From positions 2,490,358 to 2,554,357 of the forward strand of contig CP070815.1 of assembly GCA_020344215.1 (NCBI GenBank): a stretch of DNA of 64,000 bases. Direction: 5' to 3'. Below are positions 36,831-45,088 of this stretch, piece by piece. The first letter of the stretch is position 1. Each line of letters opens with the position of its first letter. This DNA is from Gemmatimonadota bacterium (GTDB taxonomy: Bacteria; Gemmatimonadota; Gemmatimonadetes; Palauibacterales; KS3-K002). Under the pieces are notes generated by a model. That model saw only the letters and a program-made list of their open reading frames with translations. It ran no database searches and had not been told where the DNA came from. Position numbers and translations under genes: made by a program.

Positions 36831-36934
36831 TGCGAATGGCGAATGTAGAATGTCGAACGCCGAATAACGAACCGAGGTCTTGTAAAGATACTCCTTCTAC
36901 ATTCGGTATTCGGCGTTCTACATTCGATATTCGG
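36831..36934. repeat. Compound inverted repeat of 17-mer units (CCGAATAYCGAATGTAG-like), two per arm, around an AT-rich 24-nt spacer
   Basis: The left block cgaatgtagaatgtcgaacgccgaata and the right block tattcggcgttctacattcg are reverse complements. The unit ctacattcgRtattcgg is repeated directly. Confidence 0.55.
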
Positions 36935-36960
36935 AGCGCAGCCATCCCTCGTTGTCAGCC

Positions 36961-38037
36961 TCAAATAGCCTTGACCTCGACGCCCAATCCGTGCGGATAT
37001 ATCACGGCGCGCAGCGAGTCGTCGTGCGTCTTCGCCATCCGCAGCGCTTCGCCGACCCCGTCCAGCCCGAAGCGGTGTGTGATGAGGTCCTCGACCTCGA
37101 ACTCGCCGCTGGCCAGCAGGTCGAGCGCGTCGCGCGTCTCGATCGGTCCAGCCGAGTAGCTGTGGGTAATCGTTACTTCTTTGAAGTACAGGTCGTGCGG
37201 CCGGTAGGCGACCGTTGCCTCCGGGGGTGTCGGAGTGTAGACGAGGACGACACCACCCGGCGCGGCGTGGGCCAGGCCGTGTTCGATCGCATCGACCGCG
37301 CCGGGCATGACGATCACTTTCTCCGCACCCCAGCCGCCGGTCGCCTCCGACATCTTCTCATCGAAGTCGGCGGCGCCCGGGTCGAGGGCGACGTCGGCTC
37401 CTATACCCTCGGCGTACTCGCGGCGAATCGCCACCGGATCGGTAACCACGATGGGCTCGGCCCCGAGGTAGCGAGCCAGGCGAACGTTCAAGAGCCCCAT
37501 CGGCCCGGCACCGATCACCCAGACGCTGACCCCCGGCAGCAGGTCTATCTTGCCGAAGGCACGCAGGCTGCAGGCGAGTGGCTCGATGAACGCCCCTGCC
37601 TCATCCGAGACCTCGTCAGGCAGCTTGAGCACGTCGACGCGCACGATCTCCGCGGGCACCCGCACGAACTCGGCGAAGCCACCGGGATCGAGCGACGTCT
37701 CACGGAAGCGCCGGCACGACGTGTACAGTCCGCGCTGGCAGAGCCGGCAGGTCAGGCAGGGCACGTGATGGTGGAAGAAGACGCGATCCCCGACGTCCAG
37801 GTCCCCCACTTCGGGCGTCACCTCGTGCACGATCCCCACCGGCTCGTGACCGAGGACGACCGGCACCTTGCGGCTTACGTACCAGTCCATGGCGTCGCTT
37901 GAGCAGACACCGCAAACGCTCACCTGCACCCGGATGTCGCCCGGCTCGAGCTGAGGCAGCGGCATCTCCTCCACCCGCACGTCTTCGAGTGAGTAGGCGC
38001 GCGCCGCGTTCATCATCGCTACGCTCTTCTTGTTCAT
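36961..38037 (-). CDS. Zinc-dependent medium-chain alcohol/polyol dehydrogenase
   Basis: The catalytic-zinc ligands (CGVCSSD ... GHEPVG) and the structural-zinc Cys cluster (CLTCRLCQRGLYTSC) are present, along with a GxGxxG motif. Confidence 0.8.
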   Translation of the reverse strand: MNKKSVAMMNAARAYSLEDVRVEEMPLPQLEPGDIRVQVSVCGVCSSDAMDWYVSRKVPVVLGHEPVGIVHEVTPEVGDLDVGDRVFFHHHVPCLTCRLCQRGLYTSCRRFRETSLDPGGFAEFVRVPAEIVRVDVLKLPDEVSDEAGAFIEPLACSLRAFGKIDLLPGVSVWVIGAGPMGLLNVRLARYLGAEPIVVTDPVAIRREYAEGIGADVALDPGAADFDEKMSEATGGWGAEKVIVMPGAVDAIEHGLAHAAPGGVVLVYTPTPPEATVAYRPHDLYFKEVTITHSYSAGPIETRDALDLLASGEFEVEDLITHRFGLDGVGEALRMAKTHDDSLRAVIYPHGLGVEVKAI

Positions 38038-39080
38038 AGTGCGATGGCCACCTTGAGCGCCTCGCGCCGGCGCATCAGTTCGAGCGCCTCAGGGAGTCCC
38101 GCCAGCGGCATCTCGTGCGTAACGAGTGGATCGAGCGTCAGCGTCCCGTTGCAGATGAGGTCCCAAGCGCGCCGCACGCTGTCCGGTGTGTAGTGGAAGC
38201 CGCCCTTCAGGCTGATCTCATCGTAGTGGACCCGTTCGGCATCGAAGCTCACGGCAGCGCCTCTCTCGCAACCGCCGAAGAAGAGCACTTCCCCTCCACG
38301 GCGGGCCAGTGCGACCGCGTCCTCCCACGCTTCTGGACGCCCGACGCACTCCACCACGCTGTCAGCACCCAGTCCGTCGCTCAGCTCCTTTACCACCTCA
38401 AGAGGGTCGGTCCCATTCGCGTCGACGGCCACGTCCGCACCGAGCTGCCGGGCTACCGCCAACCTCCGGCTGTGGCGGCCGATCACGGCTATGCGGCCGG
38501 CGCCACGTACCCGCGCCAGTTGCACGAAGAGCAGCGCCATCGGCCCATCACCGAGGAACACCAGCGTCCGGTCGCCGGCAAGCTTCAACAGACCCGCCCC
38601 ATGCACGACACAGGCGAGCGGCTCTAGAAAGGCGGCGCGGACATCGGAGACGGAGTCGGGGATGCGGAAGGTGTTCCGGTTAACCACCTGACGGGGCAAC
38701 AGTACGTACTCCCCGTAGGCGCCGAGCGCCATATGCTCGAACAGGTGAAGGCAAAGGTTCTCGGCGCCCCGCAGGCAATACGCGCAATCGCCGCACGGCG
38801 CCGTCGGCGTGCCGACGATCCGGTCACCGGCCGCAAACCCGAGGACCCCGTCGCCCAGCGCCTCCACCCTGCCGGCCCATTCGTGACCCAGAGGGCCGGG
38901 AACCTTGAGGCGTGCGTGGCCGCGGTCGGCCGTCTTGAGATCGGTGCCGCAGGTCAGGGCGACGGAGACGCGCGCCAGCACTTCGCCGTCGGCCGGCTCG
39001 GGAGTGTCGACGGACTCCAGCCGTAGCTCTCCGGGACGAACGAGTCGCCAGACGCGCATCGCGGTCGGTCGGTTCGTCAT
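38034..39080 (-). CDS. Zinc-dependent medium-chain alcohol dehydrogenase
   Basis: The zinc ligands (CGTD ... GHEWAG) and a CGDCAYCLRGAENLC cluster are present. The gene overlaps the downstream ADH by 4 nt. The start was set at an internal Met. Confidence 0.75.
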   Translation of the reverse strand: MTNRPTAMRVWRLVRPGELRLESVDTPEPADGEVLARVSVALTCGTDLKTADRGHARLKVPGPLGHEWAGRVEALGDGVLGFAAGDRIVGTPTAPCGDCAYCLRGAENLCLHLFEHMALGAYGEYVLLPRQVVNRNTFRIPDSVSDVRAAFLEPLACVVHGAGLLKLAGDRTLVFLGDGPMALLFVQLARVRGAGRIAVIGRHSRRLAVARQLGADVAVDANGTDPLEVVKELSDGLGADSVVECVGRPEAWEDAVALARRGGEVLFFGGCERGAAVSFDAERVHYDEISLKGGFHYTPDSVRRAWDLICNGTLTLDPLVTHEMPLAGLPEALELMRRREALKVAIAL

Positions 39081-39125
39081 GAGGGTAGAACCTACAGAGT
39101 GACGGCCGCGGCTGGAAGGACCGGG

Positions 39126-39282
39126 GTCGCTGAGGGGGGATGGTCGCCGAGGAGGCCGTCTCGCTCCATGTCGCGTGGGGCGGGGTCTGAGGGAGTCGCC
39201 TCGCTCCATGTCGCGCCACCCGTTGCCGACAACCGAGGTCTGGCCGTGGCGCTCCAAATTACGCTCTACGACTCCCTCAGAC
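39126..39282. repeat. Compound repeat upstream of the ADH operon: a direct repeat of ...CTGAGGG..TCGCC TCGCTCCATGTCGCG (x2) plus a perfect 14-nt inverted repeat (gtctgagggagtcg / cgactccctcagac)
   Basis: Seen directly in the sequence. It creates the spurious MERH...MERG N-terminal extension of the ORF-track entry. Confidence 0.5.
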
Positions 39283-39359
39283 CCCTATTCACTCTCGCAC
39301 GGACTGTTGTATCCCTCACTTAGCGAGACGATCCCCACTGCGACCGCCGCACCCGGGAC

Positions 39360-39908
39360 TCAGCGTGTCGGTTCCACTCGCAGCGCGTTGTTCACGACGT
39401 TGAAGTAAGCGAACAACCCTGCCACCATGCAGATCTCGACTACCTCCCCCTCATCGAAGTGCTTGCGAAGCTCGTCGAACACGGCATCGGGGATCTCATT
39501 GGAGCGCAGCGTGAGCGCTTCGCAGAAGCGGAGTGCCGCCAGTTCCGCCTCCGAGAAACCCGCTCCCTCGAGCTCGCCCGCGATCAACGCATCGATCTGC
39601 ACCTCGCTTCCACCGAACCGCGCTGCCAGCGCGGTATGCGAGTGCAGTCAATAGCGGCAGTTGTTGAGCGCCGAGACACGGACCGAGATGAACTCTTTGA
39701 GCAGAGGCGGAACGGCTCCCCTGCGCATCACCGTCTCGAAGTGTTCGATCATCGTCCGCAGGTGCTCACCGCGCCTGGCAAGGGTGCGGAACATGTTCGG
39801 GATATTGCCACGCTCTTTCAGAAAGGCCTCGAAGATATCTCCGACCTCAGGCGCCTCGCCCGGCTCCAGTGCACGGAGCCGTGGCGCGTTACGGGGGACT
39901 CCACTCAT
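39360..39908 (-). CDS. AhpD-like / carboxymuconolactone-decarboxylase-family protein with an in-frame TGA (39648-39650) at the second Cys of the C-x-x-C-x-x-x-H motif; selenoprotein candidate (C-R-Y-U-L-H-S-H) or a pseudogene
   Basis: The two track ORFs (39648..40025 and 39360..39602) are in the same frame, separated only by the TGA. Both halves match one domain family (N-half: NIPNMFRTLA...VRVSALNNCRY; C-half: ELAALRFCEALT...). GGGAGGTG precedes the ATG at 39908. Confidence 0.55.
39600..39643 (-). ncRNA. SECIS-like two-tier stem-loop beginning 6 nt after the TGA: CUCGC-AU-ACCGCGC-UGGCA-GCGCGGU-UCGGUGGAA-GCGAG
   Basis: The inner stem is a perfect 7 bp starting 13 nt after UGA. The apical loop UGGCA carries G at +21 and +22. 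An outer 5-bp stem encloses it. Confidence 0.4.
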
Positions 39909-40039
39909 CTTCACCTCCCGCTGCGCGCGGATCAGCTTCCACCGACGAACGCTGTCGAGCGGTTTGAAAGAAAGCGACGACGGCGCGGACGGCAAGCGGG
40001 GCTCGCGGGAGCGGCCAGCGGGCATATCTTCATAGCGCC

Positions 40040-40984
40040 ATGGCTCACATACCGGACGGGTTCCTCACGGCGTCTGTCTCCGCCGGCACGTTCGCTGCCG
40101 CGGGGGCGCTCACCGCCCTCGCTGCGCGTCAAGCGCGGGCGCGCCTGGACGACCGAGCGGCTCCAACCCTGGGGCTCGCCACCGCGGCAGTCTTCGCCGC
40201 CCAGGCGGTGAACTTCCCGGTCGCCGCCGGGACCAGCGGGCATCTCTTGGGTGGCACGCTGGTGGCCGTCGCCTTTGGGCCCTGGGCCGGGTTCTTGGTG
40301 ATGACGGCGGTCGTGATCGCCCAAGCGCTCATCTTCGCCGACGGCGGCCTGACGGCGCTGGGGGCAAACGTCCTCAACATCGCCGGTGCCGGGGCCCTGG
40401 CTGGGTACGCCGTCTACCGCGTCCTGACGGGCCTCGCCGGGGACGGGCCGCGTCGACGCGGGCTGGCAGCGGCGATCGCCGCTTACCTGGCGACGGTGCT
40501 CACCGGAATCGCGGCGGGAGTCGAGCTGGGGCTGAGCGGAATCGCACCGGCCCGTCTCTCGGTGGGCGCGATGGCGAGCGTGCACGCGGTCATCGGGCTC
40601 GCGGAGGCTTCGATCACCGGGTTCGCGGTGTGGGCGCTGGCGCGGAAGCGACCCGAGCTGCTCTTCCGGCCGCGCGGTGCGGCGCCAGTCGGTCCGCCGC
40701 GGGCCTTGGTGCTGGCGGGGCTCGGTGTGGTAGCGATCCTCGCGGGACTTCTCTCGATCGTCGCCTCGACGGCCCCCGACAGCCTGGAGCGGATAGCGAT
40801 CGACCTGGGGTTTGCCGACGCGGCCACGTCCTGGGAAGGCGCGCCGCTCACCGACTACCAGGCCTGGATCCCGGGCGCGGTGGGGACCGCGGTGGCCGTA
40901 CTGCTGGGCGTGGCACTCCTCTTCGCCGGCACGGCGGCCACCGTCAGAGCGGCGGCTCGCGTCCGCCACACCCGGGAGAGCTGA
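40040..40984 (+). CDS. cbiM: ECF transporter S-component CbiM/NikM with a C-terminal PDGLE (CbiN-like) domain
   Basis: The N-terminus MAHIPDGFL and the multi-TM core match CbiM. The C-terminal segment contains APDSLE and an extra TM helix. Confidence 0.8.
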   Translation: MAHIPDGFLTASVSAGTFAAAGALTALAARQARARLDDRAAPTLGLATAAVFAAQAVNFPVAAGTSGHLLGGTLVAVAFGPWAGFLVMTAVVIAQALIFADGGLTALGANVLNIAGAGALAGYAVYRVLTGLAGDGPRRRGLAAAIAAYLATVLTGIAAGVELGLSGIAPARLSVGAMASVHAVIGLAEASITGFAVWALARKRPELLFRPRGAAPVGPPRALVLAGLGVVAILAGLLSIVASTAPDSLERIAIDLGFADAATSWEGAPLTDYQAWIPGAVGTAVAVLLGVALLFAGTAATVRAAARVRHTRES

Positions 40985-41754
40985 TGGGGTTCGCCCACCT
41001 CGACCGTCACGCCGCCCGTCCCTCGTGGCTCACCGCGCGCACCAGCCCGAGCCAGCGACTCTGGATCGCCATCGCCGCCGCGTTCGCTGCGGGACTCATG
41101 CCGCCGGGCGCCTGGCACGCGCTCGGGGCCCTCGCCGCCGTCGTCGCGCTCGGGGTCTTGGCCGCCCGATTGCCGCTGAGCACCCTGGCGCGGCGCGTAG
41201 GTCAGGCGCTCCCCTTCTTCCTGCTGCCGGCCCTGGCGCTGCCCGTGAGCGTACCCGGCCCGGTCGCGCTGGAGATCGGTCCCCTGACCCTGAGTGGGCC
41301 GGGGCTCTCGCGGGCCGCTGAGATCGTGCTACGGGCTACGCTGGCGGTCTCAGCGGTCACCATCGTCGTATCGGTGACCCGAGCCACCGACCTGCTGCGC
41401 GCCCTGGACAGCCTACCGATACCGCGCCTGGTGAAAAGCTCGCTGGCGCTCGGCTACCGCTACGTCTACCTGCTGAATGACGAGATGGAGCGAACCGCCA
41501 GGGCTATAAGGAGCCGCATGGGCCGGGCTTCCCGACTCCGCCTCTGGCGCGCCCGGGCCGCCACGCTAGCCCACCTGCTGCTGCGAGCGCACGACCGTGG
41601 CACTCGGATCCATGCCGCCATGCTGAGCCGCGGATACAGCGACCGGCTACCGACGCTCCAGCCGGCGGCCACGGTGAGCCGCGCCTGGAGCCTGACGATC
41701 GTCGGCCTGCTCGCCCTCGTCTGGCTGGGCGGACTGCTCGAGGTGATGGAATGA
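40984..41754 (+). CDS. cbiQ: ECF transporter T-component
   Basis: The start overlaps the cbiM stop (ATGA). It is a multi-TM protein of about 256 aa sitting between cbiM and cbiO. Confidence 0.7.
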   Translation: MGFAHLDRHAARPSWLTARTSPSQRLWIAIAAAFAAGLMPPGAWHALGALAAVVALGVLAARLPLSTLARRVGQALPFFLLPALALPVSVPGPVALEIGPLTLSGPGLSRAAEIVLRATLAVSAVTIVVSVTRATDLLRALDSLPIPRLVKSSLALGYRYVYLLNDEMERTARAIRSRMGRASRLRLWRARAATLAHLLLRAHDRGTRIHAAMLSRGYSDRLPTLQPAATVSRAWSLTIVGLLALVWLGGLLEVME

Positions 41755-42515
41755 GCTGTCTGGGCGGCAACGAGGCCTGGAGCGTCGAGATAGACGGGCT
41801 GGGCTACAGCTACCCGGGAGCCCGCAGCCCGGCACTCTCCGACATCTCCTTTGCCATCGAGCCCGGTGAGCACGTGGCCATCGTAGGCCCGAACGGCGCC
41901 GGCAAGAGTACGCTCCTCCTGCACCTCAACGGAATCCTCGAACCGAATTCCGGCTCGCTTTCCATCGGCGGCCTCCCTGTCATCCCGGAGAACCTGCCCG
42001 ACATCCGCACGCGAGTCGGACTCGTCTTTCAGGACCCCGACGACCAGCTGTTCATGCCGACCCTGCTGGAGGACGCGGCGTTCGGGCCCCTCTGTCACGG
42101 CGCGTCGCATGACGAGGCCGAAGACCGGGCGCGCCGCGCCCTGGAAAGCGTGGGGCTGGGGCAAGTGGACGCGGATCGGGCCGCCCACCATTTGAGCGGC
42201 GGCGAGAAGCGGCGGGCGGCATTGGCCACGGTGCTGAGCCTGCAGCCCGGGGTCCTGGCGCTGGACGAGCCGACGGCGAGCCTCGACGGCCGCGGCCGAC
42301 GTCAGATCGCCGAGATCCTTCGCGCCCGACCGCAGACCGTGATCGTCGTGACCCACGACGTGGAGTTTGCCGCAGCGGTCTCTCAGAGGACGGTCTTGCT
42401 GGACGGCGGACGACTGATCGCCGATCGCCCGTCAGACGAGTTGTTGGACGACATCGAGCTCTTGCTGAACCACGGGCTGGAGCTCTCCCGCTGGCTGCGC
42501 GAAGAGGCACGCTGA
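41751..42515 (+). CDS. cbiO: ECF transporter ATPase
   Basis: Walker A GPNGAGKST, the ABC signature LSGGEKRR and Walker B LALDEPT are all present. Confidence 0.9.
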   Translation: MSCLGGNEAWSVEIDGLGYSYPGARSPALSDISFAIEPGEHVAIVGPNGAGKSTLLLHLNGILEPNSGSLSIGGLPVIPENLPDIRTRVGLVFQDPDDQLFMPTLLEDAAFGPLCHGASHDEAEDRARRALESVGLGQVDADRAAHHLSGGEKRRAALATVLSLQPGVLALDEPTASLDGRGRRQIAEILRARPQTVIVVTHDVEFAAAVSQRTVLLDGGRLIADRPSDELLDDIELLLNHGLELSRWLREEAR

Positions 42516-42569
42516 CACGGAAGTAGGCAGCCCGTTCGAATCCGCCCGGGATCGCTGCCCCAAAGAACA

Positions 42570-42608
42570 GAGGGGGCGCGGCTGAGACCGCGCCCCCTCC
42601 CTTTCAGC
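42570..42608. terminator. Bidirectional terminator hairpin gagggggcgcgg-ctgaga-ccgcgccccctc between convergent cbiO and an outer-membrane protein gene
   Basis: A perfect 12-bp GC stem is followed by cctttc. Confidence 0.6.
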
Positions 42609-42619
42609 CTGCCTGAGGC

Positions 42620-43228
42620 TTACATCACTCCGAACTGGAACACCAGACCGGCCGACGCGACAACGTCGACCTGGAACTGGGAGTCGGCAGCCTCGATCCC
42701 GGCCTCGTATCCGAACACGTCCAGGTCGCCGCGGATCGCGAACATCCCGGGCAGCTTGATCTTCACACCGGCACCGAGAACACCGCCGACATCGGTCTTG
42801 CCTTCCTCCACGTCCTGGTAGGCGTCACCGCTGCGTCCGATGAGAGCGACGCCGCCGGAGAGGTGGATCCCGACGGGGCCGACGGGCAGAACCTTCCAGA
42901 CGAGTCGACCGTCGGCGGTCCAAACCGCGGCGCTCTCGTCGGGCACAGGGTCGCCCGCCTCGTCGGTCCCCTCGGCATCGCTGAAGGCGTAAAGGAAGTT
43001 GCCTTCAATACCGAATGGGCCAAACCCATAACCTAGACGTGCTCCCACGGCCAGCGCCTCTTTCTGGCTACCGGTCACCTGGACACCGGGCGTGACCTCC
43101 TGGTCGATCAGGTCCTGGGTCGGGATATAGACGCCCAGGTACGGCTCGAGCTCGAACTGAGCCTGGGCCGGCGTCGCACCCACCAGCAGCACGAACACTG
43201 CCGCGAACCCACACAACTTCTTCGTCAT
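42620..43228 (-). CDS. Outer-membrane beta-barrel protein
   Basis: GGAG precedes the start. The signal peptide ends PAQAQ. The start was set at the internal Met (MTKKLCG); the track ORF reaches 43372. Confidence 0.55.
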   Translation of the reverse strand: MTKKLCGFAAVFVLLVGATPAQAQFELEPYLGVYIPTQDLIDQEVTPGVQVTGSQKEALAVGARLGYGFGPFGIEGNFLYAFSDAEGTDEAGDPVPDESAAVWTADGRLVWKVLPVGPVGIHLSGGVALIGRSGDAYQDVEEGKTDVGGVLGAGVKIKLPGMFAIRGDLDVFGYEAGIEAADSQFQVDVVASAGLVFQFGVM

Positions 43229-43332
43229 CTCCTGCACCTCCGTTTGGGTGACACAGAATACGGCTGAAATACAGGCTTTTTGGGGGAGTTCGCGCAGAGC
43301 GCGCGGGGGAGGATCGCACAGGCAGACGGTCC

Positions 43333-43363
43333 GCGCGCGTGGCAAATATAATAGATCTAAGAA
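43333..43363 (-). promoter_or_regulatory. Sigma70-like promoter on the minus strand: TTGCGC-N16-TATATT, about 110 nt upstream of the gene at 42620..43228
   Basis: The reverse complement of ggcaaatataatagatctaagaacttgcgcaa reads TTGCGCAAGTTCTTAGATCTATTATATTTGCC. Confidence 0.4.
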
Positions 43364-43445
43364 CTTGCGCAATTGGGAGGGCGGATCCCCGAAGGGCGGG
43401 CCTCCAACTACCGCACAGCGCCTCGCCCACCTACTCGAAGGGGCA

Positions 43446-43480
43446 ATAGGAAGCGGAGCCGGATCCGGGCCGGCTCCGCT
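43446..43480 (-). terminator. Near-perfect palindromic hairpin (ggaagcggagccgg...ccggctccgcttcc), 46-80 nt after the stop of the gene at 43526..44182
   Basis: A 14-bp stem around a ccggatccgg core. No U-tract follows it. Confidence 0.45.
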
Positions 43481-43525
43481 TCCTCGTGACGCCTGTCGTT
43501 GTATTAAGGAAGATCGATCGCGCCG

Positions 43526-44182
43526 TCAGCCTCCGAAGAAGAACTTGTAGCCAGCCACGATCTGGATGTTCTGGTTCGTCACATCGAAGTCCTCTTCACC
43601 CGGGGTATCGTTAACGTTGGTCAATCCGAGATTGTAGAGGACATCGAGCATGACCGCGCCGCTGCCGACGGACACATCAATGCCGCCACCGAAAAAGAGG
43701 CCGAAATCCACGCTCTTGGTCTCGACGCCGAAGGTTTCACAGTCGATTTCTATCGAAGCCCCACCTTCCTCGCCCGAGATGTTACAGCCGACCTCGAAGG
43801 CGATAGCGGGGCCCGCATAGACGCGGGGTGTGATGTTACCCTGGGTGGGTATGGTCAACGTAGCCGGGAACATGAACTCAATGTAGTCCACATTCGCGTC
43901 TATTTCATCGCCTGCTTCAGAGAAACTCGCGCCTTTCTGCACGTACTGACCGTCCGCCTGAACCATGAAGTACTCGTGCAGCTGGATGCCGAAGAACCCT
44001 CCGAAGCTGAAGCCAAACTTGGAGTCCGGCGAGACTCCGATCAGTTGGTCGGTGTCAGCGCCCAGGTTGGCGAAGTCGACACCGGCTTTGACACCAGCGG
44101 TCAAGTCCATCTGCGCTAAGCTAGGCGTCGCGACGAGCGCGACGAACAGCGCGGCCAGCACAACCGAACATACCTTCTTCAT
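43526..44182 (-). CDS. Outer-membrane beta-barrel protein (porin-family), one of a tandem pair
   Basis: The signal peptide reads ALVATPSLAQ. The C-terminus ends IQIVAGYKFFFGG. Confidence 0.6.
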   Translation of the reverse strand: MKKVCSVVLAALFVALVATPSLAQMDLTAGVKAGVDFANLGADTDQLIGVSPDSKFGFSFGGFFGIQLHEYFMVQADGQYVQKGASFSEAGDEIDANVDYIEFMFPATLTIPTQGNITPRVYAGPAIAFEVGCNISGEEGGASIEIDCETFGVETKSVDFGLFFGGGIDVSVGSGAVMLDVLYNLGLTNVNDTPGEEDFDVTNQNIQIVAGYKFFFGG

Positions 44183-44422
44183 AGATAAGCCCTCCTCCCT
44201 GAGTTTGGTGTGGTGCCCACTTCAGCTTTCATAACATCCATCTAAGCGTAGACCACGCTCAGAACCCCGTGTTCAGCTACACCGTCCAATGTCGTACCGG
44301 CTACGCCACCGCACCCATCAACAACTATCCCAGGCCTTCCCCCCGTAACAGCGGTGACGGCTGTGGGCCCGATCCCCTTCTTGCGACGCCCGCCGTTGTG
44401 TCAAGAAAGATCGATCGCGTCA

Positions 44423-45088
44423 TCAGCCTCCGAAGAAGAACCTGTAACCAGCCACGATCTGGATGTTCCTGTTCTTGATCTCCTCCGTGGTGCCCGGGAT
44501 ATCGTTGATGTCGGTCAGTCCCAGATTGTAGAGCACGTCGAAGGTGATCGCGCCGCTGCCGACGGCGATATCAAGACCGCCACCGAACAGTACGCCGAAA
44601 TCGATGCTCTTGGTCTCCAAGTCCGGGAGGAAGCCATCCGTCGCTTCCGACAACTCGTCGCAGTCGATACTTGCCGATACACCATCTTCTTCGGCGGAGA
44701 AATCGCAGCTCACCTCAAGGGCCAGCGCCGGTCCAACGTAGAGGCGTGGCGTGATGGAGCCGTTCCCAGTCGGGATCGTCAGAATGGCCGGCACCATGAA
44801 CTCGATGTAGTCGAGATTGAAGTCGGCATCCGCTCCACCCACATCTTCCGACAATCCCTTCTGTACGTACTGCCCTTCGAACTGAAGCCTGAAGTACTCG
44901 TGGAGCTGGATGCCGAACGACCCGCCGATGCTGAAACCCATCTTCGAGTCGGTGTCCTCGACATCGCCACCCTGGTTCGCGAAGCCGATGCCGAGCTTGG
45001 GACCAGCGCTCAAGTTCTGGGCCTGAACGGGGCTGGCGGCGAGTGCGACCAACAGCGCGATTGGCAAGACCGAGTATACCCTCTTCAT
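44423..45088 (-). CDS. Outer-membrane beta-barrel protein, tandem paralogue of the gene at 43526..44182
   Basis: The signal peptide reads LAASPVQAQ. The C-terminus ends IQIVAGYRFFFGG. Protein identity with the paralogue is about 60%, and the flanking DNA is also conserved. Confidence 0.6.
   Translation of the reverse strand: MKRVYSVLPIALLVALAASPVQAQNLSAGPKLGIGFANQGGDVEDTDSKMGFSIGGSFGIQLHEYFRLQFEGQYVQKGLSEDVGGADADFNLDYIEFMVPAILTIPTGNGSITPRLYVGPALALEVSCDFSAEEDGVSASIDCDELSEATDGFLPDLETKSIDFGVLFGGGLDIAVGSGAITFDVLYNLGLTDINDIPGTTEEIKNRNIQIVAGYRFFFGG

Noticed and set aside
39648-39650. Simple intergenic stop between two separate small genes
   Set aside because: Both ORFs are fragments of one AhpD-like domain in the same frame, and the TGA replaces a conserved catalytic Cys. 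So it is either a Sec codon or a nonsense mutation, not a gene boundary. The pseudogene alternative is kept open in the finding.
42526-42550. GTTCGAATCC, a tRNA T-loop-like motif, just after cbiO
   Set aside because: The flanking nucleotides (gcccg / ccgcc) cannot form the 5-bp T-stem and no acceptor stem or CCA context exists. No other tRNA-like cloverleaf was found in the window.
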